Counted from the first letter of the stretch, positions 19,108-30,565 are shown. The stretch is 64,000 nt of DNA from Vulcanimicrobiota bacterium (GCA_963777315.1 CAVZQC010000002.1:800001-864000); one strand, 5' to 3'. A program made the numbers and translations. Notes: generated by a model from the sequence alone, not told the origin.

Positions 19108-19230
19108 AGTGAGTATCACAGAACGGCAGGCTCAGCTCCCAATTCCAGTGACGTGTCTTTCTGAGATAATGCTCTCGAGACGTTTCATGGTACCCACGCC
19201 CGCGCCGGACAAACAGACATTCCGTCTGCT

Positions 19231-19623
19231 TTACCGTAAGATAACCAGCCAGGGGACTGCAGCCAAGAGCCCCCAATTCGCCACATGCGCGCTCCAGCAG
19301 TACGGGCAGCTGCGCCTTGTCACGAACACCAGGCTATACGCCAAATACACCGAGGTCAGCGCCGCGCATACCGCCGCGCCGAGGGCAAGGCCGAGCGGCA
19401 CGAGAGCGACCGTGCACCATGCCGTCGCCGTGAGGGCGGGATAATAGACGCAGCCGAATAGCGCGTTCGGGATGCCGGCGAAGAGCTTGGCGCGCGCCGA
19501 CTGCACCACGCTGGCTTCGCCGAGCCGTCCGGCCCGATCGAGTAGACTTTTGCGCAACATAAAGACGGAAGCGTAAAAGCCGGCGGCGCATAACACCGAA
19601 ACGACCACCCGGACCAGGAGCAC
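19231..19623 (-). CDS. Vitamin K epoxide reductase (VKOR) family protein
   Basis: SVVQSARAKLFAGIPNALFG and active-site CPYCW.AH; four TM helices. Confidence 0.85.
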   Translation of the reverse strand: MLLVRVVVSVLCAAGFYASVFMLRKSLLDRAGRLGEASVVQSARAKLFAGIPNALFGCVYYPALTATAWCTVALVPLGLALGAAVCAALTSVYLAYSLVFVTRRSCPYCWSAHVANWGLLAAVPWLVILR

Positions 19624-19665
19624 GCCATCATCCTCGAAGAGCGAGAGCCGACACAAGATCTCCGC

Positions 19666-20316
19666 TTGCGCTCGTTAGGGCGGCGAGCGGCCGGCTTGGG
19701 TCTGTTGGCGTTATCGTTCGCCCTGGCTGCGTTCGTTATCCGCTACCAGCCGTGGATCGAGCACTACATTCGCTCGATTGGCCCCGGAGTTGCGGTGCCC
19801 GTCGCCACGGCGATTTTCGCCATCGTCGCGGCAGCGCCGTTTTCGGTGACGGACGCGCTTGCGGTGATGAACGGCGCGGTGTTCGGACCGTTTTGGGGCT
19901 CCATCATCAACGCCGCAGGCATTATCGTGGCGGGCGCCATCGGATACTGGATCAACCGCCATGCCACGCATCTGATGGACTTGGAAGCGGCACTCGCGCG
20001 TCTGCCCCCCTGGGTCAAGCGTTTTCGCATCGGATCGCCGATGTTCTTGATCGCCGTGCGCGTCATCCCGGGGTTCGGCGGTACCGTGGCGACCGCCACC
20101 GCGGCGACGATGCGCGTTCCGGTCTGGATTCACATCCTGTGCATGTCCGTCGTCGCAATTCCACTGTGCACGCTGCTCGCGATCTTCGGGGACCGGGCGG
20201 TCGAGGCGATTCACGGTTACGAGCACCGCGCGCACATGTACATCCTGCATCACCGCCCGCACTGGCATTTCCGGCACCGGCACGTGCAGACGCCCGGCCC
20301 GGGACCTGCGCCATGA
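19666..20316 (+). CDS. VTT/DedA (TVP38-like) membrane protein with His-rich tail
   Basis: NGAVFGPFWG, VRVIPG, TM helices; C-terminal HHRPHWHFRHRH. Confidence 0.78.
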   Translation: MRSLGRRAAGLGLLALSFALAAFVIRYQPWIEHYIRSIGPGVAVPVATAIFAIVAAAPFSVTDALAVMNGAVFGPFWGSIINAAGIIVAGAIGYWINRHATHLMDLEAALARLPPWVKRFRIGSPMFLIAVRVIPGFGGTVATATAATMRVPVWIHILCMSVVAIPLCTLLAIFGDRAVEAIHGYEHRAHMYILHHRPHWHFRHRHVQTPGPGPAP

Positions 20317-21486
20317 TGCCGGCGCAGATCGTCGAGAGCGCTGCGGAACTCGATCGGCTGTGCGCGCGGGTTTGCGCCGCACCGCGAGTGGGGATCGACA
20401 CCGAGTTTCACAACGAGCGCACCTACACGGCTCGTCTGATGGTCGTTCAGTCTGTCGTTCGAGGACGGTTGCGCGATCGTCGATCCGCTTGCGGTTGCCG
20501 ATCTCGCGCCGCTGATCGAGGCGTTATCGCAAACCACAGTCGTGGGGCATGCGCTGGGCGGCGATCTGAAGATCTTCGCGGACCGTTTCGATTGCGTGCC
20601 CGCCAACGTTTTCGACTGCCAAATCGCAGCGTCGTTTTTGGGTTACGGGATGTCGATTTCGCTGGCGGATTTGGTGCACGACCTGTGCGGCGTTCGCTTG
20701 AAGAAATCGCAGACGGTGAGCGATTGGTCCGTGCGTCCGCTTTCCGATCGCCAGCTCGAGTATTTGGTGGACGACGTCGTGCATTTGCTGGACATGCAGG
20801 ATGCGCTCGCGCGCCGTCTGAGCGAAACGGGGCGGTACGGTTGGGCGGTCGAGGAGTGCCGTCTGCTCGGCGACATGGCGCGCTATCGCAGTGACGAGCG
20901 CCGGATGTACGCGCGAATCCCGGGCTCCAACCGCATGAGCCGCCGCGAGCTTGCCGTATTGCGCGAGCTGACCGGTTTGCGCGAACGCGTCGCTCGCGAA
21001 CGCGACGTGCCGCTCAAATACATCATGCCCGACGATGTGGTCGGCGGAATCGCGACGCTGCGGCCGCGCAAGGTCGAAGATCTCGCGCAGCTGCGGCGTT
21101 TGGACGCCTCCGCGCGCCGTTCGTTGGGGCAGCCGATAATCGATGCGGTCAAGCGCGGAGAATCCGTGCCCGAAGCCGATCTGCCCGCGAAATTTACGCG
21201 GCCGCTGGGCAATGGACGGGAACGGCTGGTCGCGCTCATGAGCGTTGCGATAGGCGAAATAGCGCAGGAGAACGATGTGCCGCCCAGCTTGCTCGTCCCG
21301 CGCGTTCACCTGGAACGCCTCGCGCGCGAATTGCCGGCGCGGCGGGAAGACTTCGACGTAATTTTGGGCCTCTCGCCGTGGCGGATGCACCTGGTGGCCG
21401 AACGCTTGTGGGCATTCTTGTCGGGCGACAGCAGCGTGCGCATCGAAGGCTACGCGGCAGGCAGGCCACGAATCACGCTGGCATGA
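20313..21486 (+). CDS. rnd: Ribonuclease D (3'-5' exonuclease plus HRDC), apparent +1 frameshift at 20451
   Basis: GIDTEF...LMVVQ in one frame continues LSFEDGCAIVDP...FDCQIAA...SDWSVRPLSDRQLEY if T20451 in CAG-T-CTG is removed (390 aa). Confidence 0.88.
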
Positions 21487-24257
21487 CCTTCGTAAACAGT
21501 TTCAACGCGCTGGGCGAATTGCGGGTCGGGGAGCGCTCGTACTCCTACGTGCGCCTCGAAGCGCTCGAAAAAGCCGGTGTCGCGCGCCTGGAACGCATGC
21601 CGTTTTCGCTCAAGATTCTCCTGGAAAATCTTCTGCGGTTCGAAGACGGGCGTTCCGTGCGCAAACAGGACATCGAAGCGCTCGCGCGCTGGAGTCCGCA
21701 TCACCGCACCGAGCGCGAAATCGCCTATCGGCCCGCGCGCGTTCTTTTGCAAGATTTTACCGGTGTTCCCGCGGTCGTCGATCTGGCCGCTATGCGCGAC
21801 GCGATGGCGGCAATGGGCGGCGATCCCAAAGCGATCAATCCGCTGCAGCCCGTCGAGCTGGTGATCGATCATTCCGTGCAAGTCGATGCGTTCGGCACGA
21901 GCGACGCGCCGGCGAAGAACGCGGAAATCGAATTTGGGCGCAATCGCGAGCGTTATGCGTTTTTGAAATGGGGCCAGCACGCGCTGGACAACTTTCGCGT
22001 CGTGCCGCCCGACACCGGAATCGTGCACCAGATCAACATCGAGTTTCTCGGCCGCGTCGTGTTCGGGGCCGGCGGTGCGGGCGTGGCGTTCGACGGGCAA
22101 AATGCTTTAGCGTTTCCGGATACCGTGGTCGGAACCGATTCCCACACGACGATGGCCAACGGACTGGGCATACTCGCTTGGGGCGTGGGCGGCATCGAGG
22201 CTGAAGCTGCCATGCTGGGTCAGCCGGTGACGATGCTGATACCGCAGGTCGCGGGCGTGAAGCTCGCCGGACGGCTGAGCGAAGGCGTTACCGCAACCGA
22301 TCTCGTGCTCACCGTGACTGAAATGCTGCGCAAAACCGGCGTCGTGGGCAAGTTCGTGGAGTTTTACGGCAGCGGGCTGTCGAGCTTGGGCGTGGCCGAT
22401 CGCGTGACGTTGGGCAATATGTCGCCCGAATACGGATCGACTTGCGCGATCTTTCCGATCGACGAACAAACCTTGCAGTATCTGCGCCTTACGGGCCGCG
22501 CTTCGGATCACATCGCTTTGGTTGAATCGTATGCCAAAGCGCAAGGACTGTTTCGTACCGACGCCACGCCCGATCCGCAGTTCAGCGAAACGCTCGAGCT
22601 CGACCTGGGCAGCGTGACGGCGAGTCTTGCCGGTCCGCGCCGTCCGCAGGATCGCGTCGCATTGGGAGAGGTAAAAGCGTCGTTCAATGCTGCGCTCGCG
22701 GAATGGATGACCGCGCGCGACGGTAAGCCGGCCGGCGCAGTCGCGCGCATGGAGAGCGAAGGCGGCATGGGGACTGCCGTTGCCGAGCAGGCGGTAGTAT
22801 CCGACGGAGCCGTGGTAATCGCCGCGATTACGAGCTGCACGAACACCAGCAATCCTACGGTGCTCGTGGGCGCGGGATTGCTCGCGCGCAATGCCGTCCG
22901 ACGCGGGCTGCGCAGCAAACCGTGGGTAAAAACCTCGCTGGCCCCAGGCTCGAAAGTCGTCACGGAGTATTTGACCAGGTCCGGCCTGCAGAAATTTCTC
23001 GACGAGCTCGGTTTCCATCTCGTCGGCTATGGATGCACGACGTGCATCGGAAACAGCGGTCCGCTTCCGCAAGAAGTCGCCGAATCGATCGCCGAACACG
23101 ATACTATCGTCGCCGCAGTGCTGTCGGGCAATCGCAATTTCGAAGGGCGCATCCATCCGCAAGTTCGCGCAAACTATCTGGCTTCGCCGCCGCTGGTCGT
23201 GGCATACGCGCTGGCCGGACGGATGGACATCGATTTGAGCAGCGAGCCCCTGGGCCAAGACGAGTCGGGCAAGCCGGTGTATTTAAAAGACCTGTGGCCC
23301 AGCAATGCGGAGATCACGCGCGTTATCGCGCAATCGATCGACCAGGCGATGTTTCAGGCGAATTACCGTGAGGTCTTTACGGGCAGCGGGGATTGGAGCG
23401 AGCTGCGCGTTCCGCAGGGCGAACGGTACGCGTGGGATCCGGCCTCGGAATACGTCAAGCACCCGCCGTACTTTGAGGACATGAAGCTGGAACCGCCGGC
23501 GGTAGCCGACATTCACGGCGCTCGCGCGCTGGCCGTTTTAGGCGATAGCGTAACGACCGATCACATCTCGCCCGCCGGCAACATAGCCAAAGCCGGCGCA
23601 GCAGGCAAATATCTGCTCGAACACGGCGTGCAGGTCGCCGACTTCAATTCGTACGGCGCCCGAAGAGGCAACCACGAAGTCATGGTGCGTGGCACCTTCG
23701 CCAACGTGCGTCTGCGCAATCTGCTCGTGCCCGGCGTGGAAGGCGGCTTTACGCGGTATCTTCCGTCCAACGAACAGCTGTCGATCTTCGATGCGGCCAT
23801 GAGGTACCGTGACGACGGCACGCCGCTGATCGTGCTGGCGGGAAAAGAGTACGGGTCCGGCTCTTCACGCGACTGGGCCGCCAAAGGGCCGCATTTGCTG
23901 GGCATCAAAGCCGTCATCGCGGAATCCTTCGAGCGCATCCATCGCAGCAACCTGATCGGCATGGGCATTCTGCCGCTCGAATTCCAGAGCGGAGCCGACC
24001 GCGCGACGTACGGTCTGAGCGGCGAAGAGACGTTCGACGTCACCGGTTTGGAAGACGGGGTCACGCACGGTATGCACGCGCACGTTGCAGCATCCGACGC
24101 GCACGGGCGAAGAATCGAGTTCAAAGCGCGCGTCCGCATCGACACGCCCGACGAAGCCGAATATTATCGCAACGGTGGAATTTTGCAGTACGTTCTTCGT
24201 GGGTTGCTGCGCAAACAGACCTCGCCTCAGGAGGCGGCAGCGAACCGCCGCGGCTGA
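21483..24257 (+). CDS. acnA: Aconitate hydratase AcnA
   Basis: LQDFTGVPAVVDLAAMR, GTDSHT, AAITSCTNTSNP, GYGCTTCIGNSG, GSGSSRDWAAKG; ATG 21483 overlaps the rnd stop. Confidence 0.97.
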   Translation: MTFVNSFNALGELRVGERSYSYVRLEALEKAGVARLERMPFSLKILLENLLRFEDGRSVRKQDIEALARWSPHHRTEREIAYRPARVLLQDFTGVPAVVDLAAMRDAMAAMGGDPKAINPLQPVELVIDHSVQVDAFGTSDAPAKNAEIEFGRNRERYAFLKWGQHALDNFRVVPPDTGIVHQINIEFLGRVVFGAGGAGVAFDGQNALAFPDTVVGTDSHTTMANGLGILAWGVGGIEAEAAMLGQPVTMLIPQVAGVKLAGRLSEGVTATDLVLTVTEMLRKTGVVGKFVEFYGSGLSSLGVADRVTLGNMSPEYGSTCAIFPIDEQTLQYLRLTGRASDHIALVESYAKAQGLFRTDATPDPQFSETLELDLGSVTASLAGPRRPQDRVALGEVKASFNAALAEWMTARDGKPAGAVARMESEGGMGTAVAEQAVVSDGAVVIAAITSCTNTSNPTVLVGAGLLARNAVRRGLRSKPWVKTSLAPGSKVVTEYLTRSGLQKFLDELGFHLVGYGCTTCIGNSGPLPQEVAESIAEHDTIVAAVLSGNRNFEGRIHPQVRANYLASPPLVVAYALAGRMDIDLSSEPLGQDESGKPVYLKDLWPSNAEITRVIAQSIDQAMFQANYREVFTGSGDWSELRVPQGERYAWDPASEYVKHPPYFEDMKLEPPAVADIHGARALAVLGDSVTTDHISPAGNIAKAGAAGKYLLEHGVQVADFNSYGARRGNHEVMVRGTFANVRLRNLLVPGVEGGFTRYLPSNEQLSIFDAAMRYRDDGTPLIVLAGKEYGSGSSRDWAAKGPHLLGIKAVIAESFERIHRSNLIGMGILPLEFQSGADRATYGLSGEETFDVTGLEDGVTHGMHAHVAASDAHGRRIEFKARVRIDTPDEAEYYRNGGILQYVLRGLLRKQTSPQEAAANRRG

Positions 24258-25258
24258 GCTCGCACGCAGATCACGGTCTCGGCATTCTCGCCCAGCGGAC
24301 GAATCACCAGACCGTCGCGCGTGAGGCGAACCACCTCGCCGCGTTTGAGCCGTTCGCGCAGCGAGGTTTCGTTGAGCACCGTTTCCACGAACACCGATGC
24401 GTCCGGATCGGACGCCGCGTTTTGGAATGCGGGAACGTACAGCGCATCCTCGAGCGTGTAGATCTCGATATGCTGGCTTACGCTGTCGATGGCTTTGACC
24501 AGCGCCGCGAGTTGCTGATGGGTCTGGCGGCGATTGGTGATATCGCGGCCCACGGCGACCCAGTGCATCGGAGATCCATCCGGGCGGCTCAGAGGGCGGC
24601 TTGCGAATTCGGTCCAAAACGCCGAGCCGTTTTTTCTTCGCAGCAGCAGCTCTTTTTCGTTGTCGCGCAAATGTTCCAAGTTGTCGACGACGGCTTGTAC
24701 GGCCGCCGGATCGTTTTCGTCGGCCATCAGCGCCGAATACGGCTGTCCCACGAGTTCGTCGGCCGAATAACCGGTGGCGGCCAAAAATGGTGAATTCGCG
24801 TACTCGATGAACGGACCGCCCTGCGAGGGCGGCACGCTGTCAGTGACCAGCACGAAGTCGAGCGCTTCGTCCATCGCATGCGTGAGCATCTGCGCTTGAC
24901 GCTCGCTCGCAACGAGTTCCGACGCAATGCCGGCGAAGTCGCGCAGCGCCTGCTTTTGCCGTGCGCTAATCGCACGCTCGCGGCGATCCGCAACCGCCAA
25001 CGCGCCGAGCGCCGCGCCGTTCTGCGCGCGCAATGCAACGCCCGCGTAAAATCCGCCGGAGCCGTCATGCGCAACGCACACGTCGCCGTGCTGCAGCGTT
25101 TCACTCACCGGCGAAAACAGCAGCGCCGTTTCGTCTTCGCGCGCGAATCCTGAGGTGGCACGAAAACTGGTGCCGTCGCGATCCACGACTGCGAGCGCAG
25201 CCAGCGGCATATCGCAGGCTTCTGCGACGCGCCGCACCAGGATCTCACAGGATTGCAT
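24227..25258 (-). CDS. GAF plus PAS sensor protein with no recognisable output domain
   Basis: FYAGVAL...G.ALGALAVADR (GAF); IEYANSPF..ATGYS.DELVG, RRKNGSAFW, VAVGRDIT (PAS/PAC). Confidence 0.75.
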   Translation of the reverse strand: MQSCEILVRRVAEACDMPLAALAVVDRDGTSFRATSGFAREDETALLFSPVSETLQHGDVCVAHDGSGGFYAGVALRAQNGAALGALAVADRRERAISARQKQALRDFAGIASELVASERQAQMLTHAMDEALDFVLVTDSVPPSQGGPFIEYANSPFLAATGYSADELVGQPYSALMADENDPAAVQAVVDNLEHLRDNEKELLLRRKNGSAFWTEFASRPLSRPDGSPMHWVAVGRDITNRRQTHQQLAALVKAIDSVSQHIEIYTLEDALYVPAFQNAASDPDASVFVETVLNETSLRERLKRGEVVRLTRDGLVIRPLGENAETVICVRAQPRRFAAAS

Positions 25259-25311
25259 ACCTGCATACTATCGACGGCGCAGGCCGTCGCGCCCGTGCGG
25301 GGCGGTAAAGT

Positions 25312-26847
25312 TTACAGCAAAGCTCGGCGCAAATCCCTTAACACGGCTGCAAGGTACGCCGTGAAGCGAGCAGCCGCCGCACCGTCGATCACGCGATGGT
25401 CGTACGACAGCGAAAGCGGCTGAACGAGCCGCGGCACGAACTGCGTTCCATTCCATACCGGGTGCGTCGCAGCGCGGCAAGCGCCCAGAATAGCCACTTC
25501 CGGAGCGTTGATGATGGGCGTGAAATACGTGCCGCCGATGCTGCCCAGGCTCGAAATGGTGAACGTTCCGCCTTGCATGTCGGAAGGCGAAAGTTTTCCT
25601 TCTCGCGCTTTGCCCGCGAGCTGTGCCGTCTCGCGGGCGAGCTCTCTGATGCCTTTGCGATCGGCATCGCGAACGACCGGCACGACCAAGCCCGCGGGCG
25701 TGTCGGCGGCAAACCCGATGTGATAGTACTTTTTGAGCACCAATTCTTCGCCGTCGAGCGAGCTGTTGAATTGAGAAAACGTTTTGAGCGCTGCGATCGA
25801 CGCTGCGATCAAGAATGCCAGCATCGTTACTTTGGCGTTGGAATTGCCGGCCTCCGCATTGAGGTCTTGACGAAACTGCTCGAGATCGGTCACGTCCGCG
25901 TCTTCATTTTGGGTGACGTGAGGAATGGTCACCCAATTGCGGTGCAAATTCGCTGCGGAGATGCGCTTGATGCGCGAAAGCGGCGCGCGCTCGATCTCGC
26001 CGAACTGCGCAAAGTCGATCTTCGGCCACGGCGCGATCGCCAAACCGGATGTTCCCACGGCTGTCGCGCCGCCGTCGGCCAGCGCCGATTTCACGAACCG
26101 CTGAACGTCGTCGCGGGTGACGCGCCGGTTTGGACCGCTGGGCGAAACGCGATGCAGATCGACGCCTAACTCGCGCGCGAAGCGGCGGATCGACGGACTG
26201 GCATGCACGGCGCCGTTGGCCGCCGCCTCGGCCGGTTCGGCGCGCTCGGGCTCGCTGCGATTTGGCTCGCTGCGCTTTGGCTCGCTGAGCATGGCGTTCC
26301 GATCCTGTACCTGTGGAACTGCATTGTCGCCTCGAGGCTGTCGCGGATTCTCCGAGCTCAACGTCGCAATGACATCGCCCTTGGACACCTTGTCGCCGGG
26401 CTTGATGCGCACGTCGCGAATCGTGCCGCCGGCGCTTGCCGGCACTTCCATCGTCGCTTTTTCCGATTCGAGCGTGACCAGCGATGCATCTTTGGCGATA
26501 ACGTCGCCCGGATGTACCAAAACTTCGATCACGGGCACGTCCTGGAAGTCCCCGATGTCGGGCACGACGAGATCGATCGCCGCGACGGGCTCGGCGTGCT
26601 TGGACGAATCCTGCCGAAGTGTCAGAACCACCGAACCCTTCGATACCTTGTCGCCCACGCCGACTTTGACGTCCGCGATCACTCCGTCCGACGGCGACGG
26701 CACCTCCATCGACGCTTTTTCCGATTCGAGCGTGACGATCGAATCGTTTTTCTTGACGGTGTCGCCCGGTTTGACCAGCACCTCGATCACCGGCACGTCG
26801 ATGAAGTCGCCGATGTCGGGCACTTGGACGTCGATCGTGTCGGCCAC
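25312..26847 (-). CDS. aceF: Pyruvate dehydrogenase E2, dihydrolipoamide acetyltransferase (two lipoyl domains)
   Basis: Two VPDIGDF...LESEKA(S/T)ME lipoyl domains, HASPSIRRFARELGVDL binding domain, SYDHRVIDGA. Confidence 0.95.
   Translation of the reverse strand: MADTIDVQVPDIGDFIDVPVIEVLVKPGDTVKKNDSIVTLESEKASMEVPSPSDGVIADVKVGVGDKVSKGSVVLTLRQDSSKHAEPVAAIDLVVPDIGDFQDVPVIEVLVHPGDVIAKDASLVTLESEKATMEVPASAGGTIRDVRIKPGDKVSKGDVIATLSSENPRQPRGDNAVPQVQDRNAMLSEPKRSEPNRSEPERAEPAEAAANGAVHASPSIRRFARELGVDLHRVSPSGPNRRVTRDDVQRFVKSALADGGATAVGTSGLAIAPWPKIDFAQFGEIERAPLSRIKRISAANLHRNWVTIPHVTQNEDADVTDLEQFRQDLNAEAGNSNAKVTMLAFLIAASIAALKTFSQFNSSLDGEELVLKKYYHIGFAADTPAGLVVPVVRDADRKGIRELARETAQLAGKAREGKLSPSDMQGGTFTISSLGSIGGTYFTPIINAPEVAILGACRAATHPVWNGTQFVPRLVQPLSLSYDHRVIDGAAAARFTAYLAAVLRDLRRALL
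26249..26293. repeat. Three 15-bp tandem repeats within the aceF linker
   Basis: ggctcgctgcgattt / ggctcgctgcgcttt / ggctcgctgagcatg; the linker reads SEPKR-SEPNR-SEPER. Confidence 0.75.
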
Positions 26848-26849
26848 GG

Positions 26850-29562
26850 CTACACCGTAACCGGGTTGGGCTTGTCGACGTCGATGTCGTACTTGCGGAT
26901 CGCGTCCGAAACCACGGACGCCGGCAGCGCGTCTTCGTCCGCGAGCGCCTTGAGCGCCGAGAGCGCCACGTAGCGGCGGTCCACTTCGAAAAACGCCCGC
27001 AAGTTGCGCCGCAGATCGCTTCTGCCGAAACCATCGGTTCCCAGCGTAACGTACCGGCGGTGAACGTAAGGCCGAATCTGATCGGCATACGTGCGGATAT
27101 AATCGGTCGACGCGATCGCAGGGCCTTCCCGGTCGGCCAGACACTGCTCCACGTACGAAAGGCGTGCCTGCTCTTGCGGATGCACGAGATTCCAGCGCTG
27201 GACTTCGATGCCGTCGCGCCGCAGTTCGTTGAAGCTGGTCACGCTCCAAACGTCGGCTGCGACGTTAAAGTCGTTCGCCAGCAGCTCGGCTCCGGCTTCG
27301 ACTTCGCGCAGGATCGCACCCGACCCCATCAGCTGGACGCGGGGCGTTTTTTTCTTGCTCTGCTCGGGAACAGTGGAACGCAGCAGGTACATCCCTTTGA
27401 GAATGCCTTCACGCGCATCCGGCGGCATGTCGGGATGCCGGTAATTCTCGTTGAGCAGCGTGATGTAATAGTAGACGTCTTCCTGATCGGTCAGCATGCG
27501 GCGCAAGCCGTCCTGCACGATGACGGCCACTTCGTAGCCGTACGTGGGATCGTACGAAACGCAATTGGGGATGAAGGACGCGAACACTTGGCTGTGGCCG
27601 TCCTCGTGCTGCAGCCCTTCGCCGTTGAGCGTCGTTCTGCCCGAAGTGGCGCCCAGCAGAAACCCGCGCGTTCGCGAATCGGCGGCCGCCCACGCGAGAT
27701 CGCCCACGCGCTGAAAGCCGAACATCGAATAAAAGATGTAAAACGGGATCATCGGCACGTTGTGCGTGGAGTACGACGTGCCGGCCGCGATCCATGACGA
27801 AATCGCACCCGCCTCGTTGATGCCCTCCTGCAGAATCTGCCCCTGTTTGTCTTCGCGATACCACATCAGTTGCTCGGCGTCTTGCGGCTGGTACAGCTGC
27901 CCCACCGACGAATAGATGCCGAGCTGGCGAAACAAGCCCTCCATGCCGAAGGTGCGCGATTCGTCGGCCACGATCGGCACGATCTTCGACCCGACGATCT
28001 TGTCCTTGACTAAGGCGGTGAAGACGCGCACGAACGCCATCGTCGTCGAGATCTCGCGCTCGCCCGTGCCTTTGAGGTGCGTATCGAACGCGGAGAGATC
28101 GGGAACGGCCAGCGAAGCCGACTTGGTGCGCCGGGTGGGAATGTGGCCGCGACGGGCGACCATGTCGCGCAGGTACTGCATTTCCGCGCTGTCGTCCGGC
28201 GGACGCATGAAGGTGAGTTTTTCGACCTCCGTGTCCGGAATGGGCAGGTGAAACCGGTCGCGAAACGTGCGCATCGATTCCACTTTCATCTTTTTGGCTT
28301 GATGGGCGATGTTCTGCGCTTCTCCGGACGCGCCCATGCCGTAGCCTTTGATTGTCTTGGCGAGAATGACGGTAGGGCGCCCGGTGTGTTCGAATGCCGC
28401 TTTATACGCCGCATACACTTTTCGCGGATCGTGCCCCCCGCGCTGGAGCGCCCAAACGTCGTCGTCGCTCATGTGCGCAACCAGATCGAGCGCTTCGGGA
28501 TAGCGGCCGAAGAAATTGTCGCGAACGTACTTGCCGTCGCGCGATTTGAACGTCTGGTAATCGCCGTCGACGCACTCGTTCATCAGTTGCACCAGTTTGC
28601 CGCTGTGGTCGCGTTCGAGCAGCGCATCCCAGTCTGCTGCCCCAGATGACCTTGATGACGTTCCAGCCCGCGCCTTTGAAAACGGTTTCGAGTTCTTGAA
28701 TGATCTTGCCGTTGCCGCGAACCGGTCCGTCGAGCCGCTGTAAGTTGCAGTTGATCACCCAAATGAGATTGTCGAGCTTCTCGCGTCCCGCTAGTGAAAT
28801 CGCTCCCAGTGATTCGGGCTCGTCGGTTTCCCCGTCGCCCAAAAACGCCCACACCTTGCGGTCGCCGGCATCGATGACGCCGCGATCGTCCAAATAACGC
28901 ATGAAGCGCGCTTGATAGATCGACATGATGGGCCCCAGGCCCATCGACACGGTCGGGAATTGCCAGAAGTCGGGCATCAGCCACGGATGCGGATACGAAG
29001 ACAATCCCTTACCGTCGACTTCGCGGCGGAAATGCTCGAGCTGCTCCTGCGTAATACGCCCTTCAACGAAGGCGCGCGCGTAGAAACCCGGCGAGGAGTG
29101 GCCTTGCAGAAAAATCAGATCGCCGCCGAACGAATCGGTTTGCGCGCGAAAGAAGTGGTTGAAGCCTACGTCGTAGAGCGTGGCCGACGACGCGAAGCTC
29201 GCAACATGCCCGCCGAGCTCGGACGATTCCTTGTTGGCGCGAGCGACCATGGCCATTGCGTTCCAGCGCACGTAATGGCGAATGCGCGTTTCGAGCTCGT
29301 CGTTGCCGGGGAGCGGCGGCTGTTGTGCGGCGGGGATCGTGTTGATGTACGGCGTCGACAAGCCCAGAGAGACGTGAGCGCCGCCACGCTGCGCGGTTGC
29401 GACGATCGCTTCGATCAGCTCCTGCGCGCGTGCCGAACCCTCGTGCGCGAGCACGCCTTCAATCGCGTCGGTCCATTCGCGGGTTTCTTGCGGATCGGGT
29501 GCGAAGCCGGCGCCCGCGCCGTTTTGGCCTGCTGCCGTTTGGGGTATGCCGGTGCTCGTCAT
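26850..29562 (-). CDS. aceE: Pyruvate dehydrogenase E1 (homodimeric), apparent +1 frameshift at 28633
   Basis: [57 protein letters not shown]. Removing one base in CAGTCTG (28630-28636) restores [14 protein letters not shown] (903 aa). Confidence 0.95.
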
Positions 29563-29598
29563 GCGCAGCCGCTTCCCGCCGGCCCATCCATTCCCTTG

Positions 29599-30509
29599 CT
29601 AATGGACCAGGCCAATTTGCAGCCTGGAGCGCTCCGCTTCCTCGCGTAAAAAGGCGGCGATTGCAAGCAGCAGCAAAACGCCGCCGGCCAAGGCCGCCGG
29701 AGTGAGGCGTTCACCGAAGGCAAAAAACGCCAAGACGGCTGCGATGACCGGCTCGAACAGCGTCGTGAGCGCAACGGCGCTCGGCGTAAACCAGCGCAGC
29801 GCAGCGTTGAGCGCGGTGTGGCCCAGAGCTGTGAGATGAACGCCATCGCCAGAATTCCGCCCCACGCCTGCGCGTGCGCCAATTGCGGCGGCGGCTGACG
29901 CGCGATTGCCGATGCGGCGACGAGCACGATCGCCGCCCACGTGTACGTGCGCGTGACGATCGTTTGCGTACCGTAGCCGGCGCGCACTTGCCTGACGAAC
30001 AGAAAGTACGCCGCGATTGCGCCTCCGCCGATCAGTGCCAGCACGCCGCCCAGCACCTGATGCCCGGGTTGGGGCGGACGCGTCGTGCTCCAGCCAACGA
30101 CGAGCAGCAAACCTGCGAATGCGCCTGCCAGCGCGCACCAGCCCACGCGCGTGAGCCGGTAACGGTGCACGATCGCATCGTAAAGCGCCGTCCAAATCGG
30201 CGAAGTCGCTACGAGCAGCACGGAGATCGCTACGCTCGTGTATTCCAGCGACCAAATCCACCCGCCGAAATGCACGGCGAGCGCTACGCCTGCAATCGCC
30301 AGTATCCGCTTGTCGGCGCGCGACACCGGCGAGCGTTGCGGCGCACGTCCGCCCGCAAACGCTCCAATGAGCAGCAGCACGAGCGCAGCAACGACCATGC
30401 GCGAAGCCGCGACTGCAATCGGGTGCGCTCCGCCCAGCGCAAAGCGCGCGAAAATCGCGGCCGCTCCAACGGCGATCTGCGCGCCGCCCAATACCAAGTA
30501 CCGGTTCAC
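29599..30509 (-). CDS. DMT/EamA transporter, apparent -1 frameshift at about 29826
   Basis: VGAAAIFARFA, HFGGWIWSLEYTSVA; FISQL continues LGHTALNAALRW...EPVIAAVLA if one base restoring CAGCTG is added (303 aa). Confidence 0.88.
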
Positions 30510-30565
30510 GCCGCGAGCTTTGCGCCTTCGGCAGGGGAATCCCCGAGCGCGAACGGGTAGAGTCT

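Noticed and set aside
26850..29562. aceE (and likewise rnd, DMT, drmA) as pseudogenes or programmed frameshifts
   Set aside because: Each has a single lesion at a shared CAGCTG motif, no slippery heptamer and no other decay, so sequencing artefact is more likely.
25312..29562. PDH operon lacking E3 (lpdA)
   Set aside because: lpdA is often encoded elsewhere; this cannot be judged from the window.
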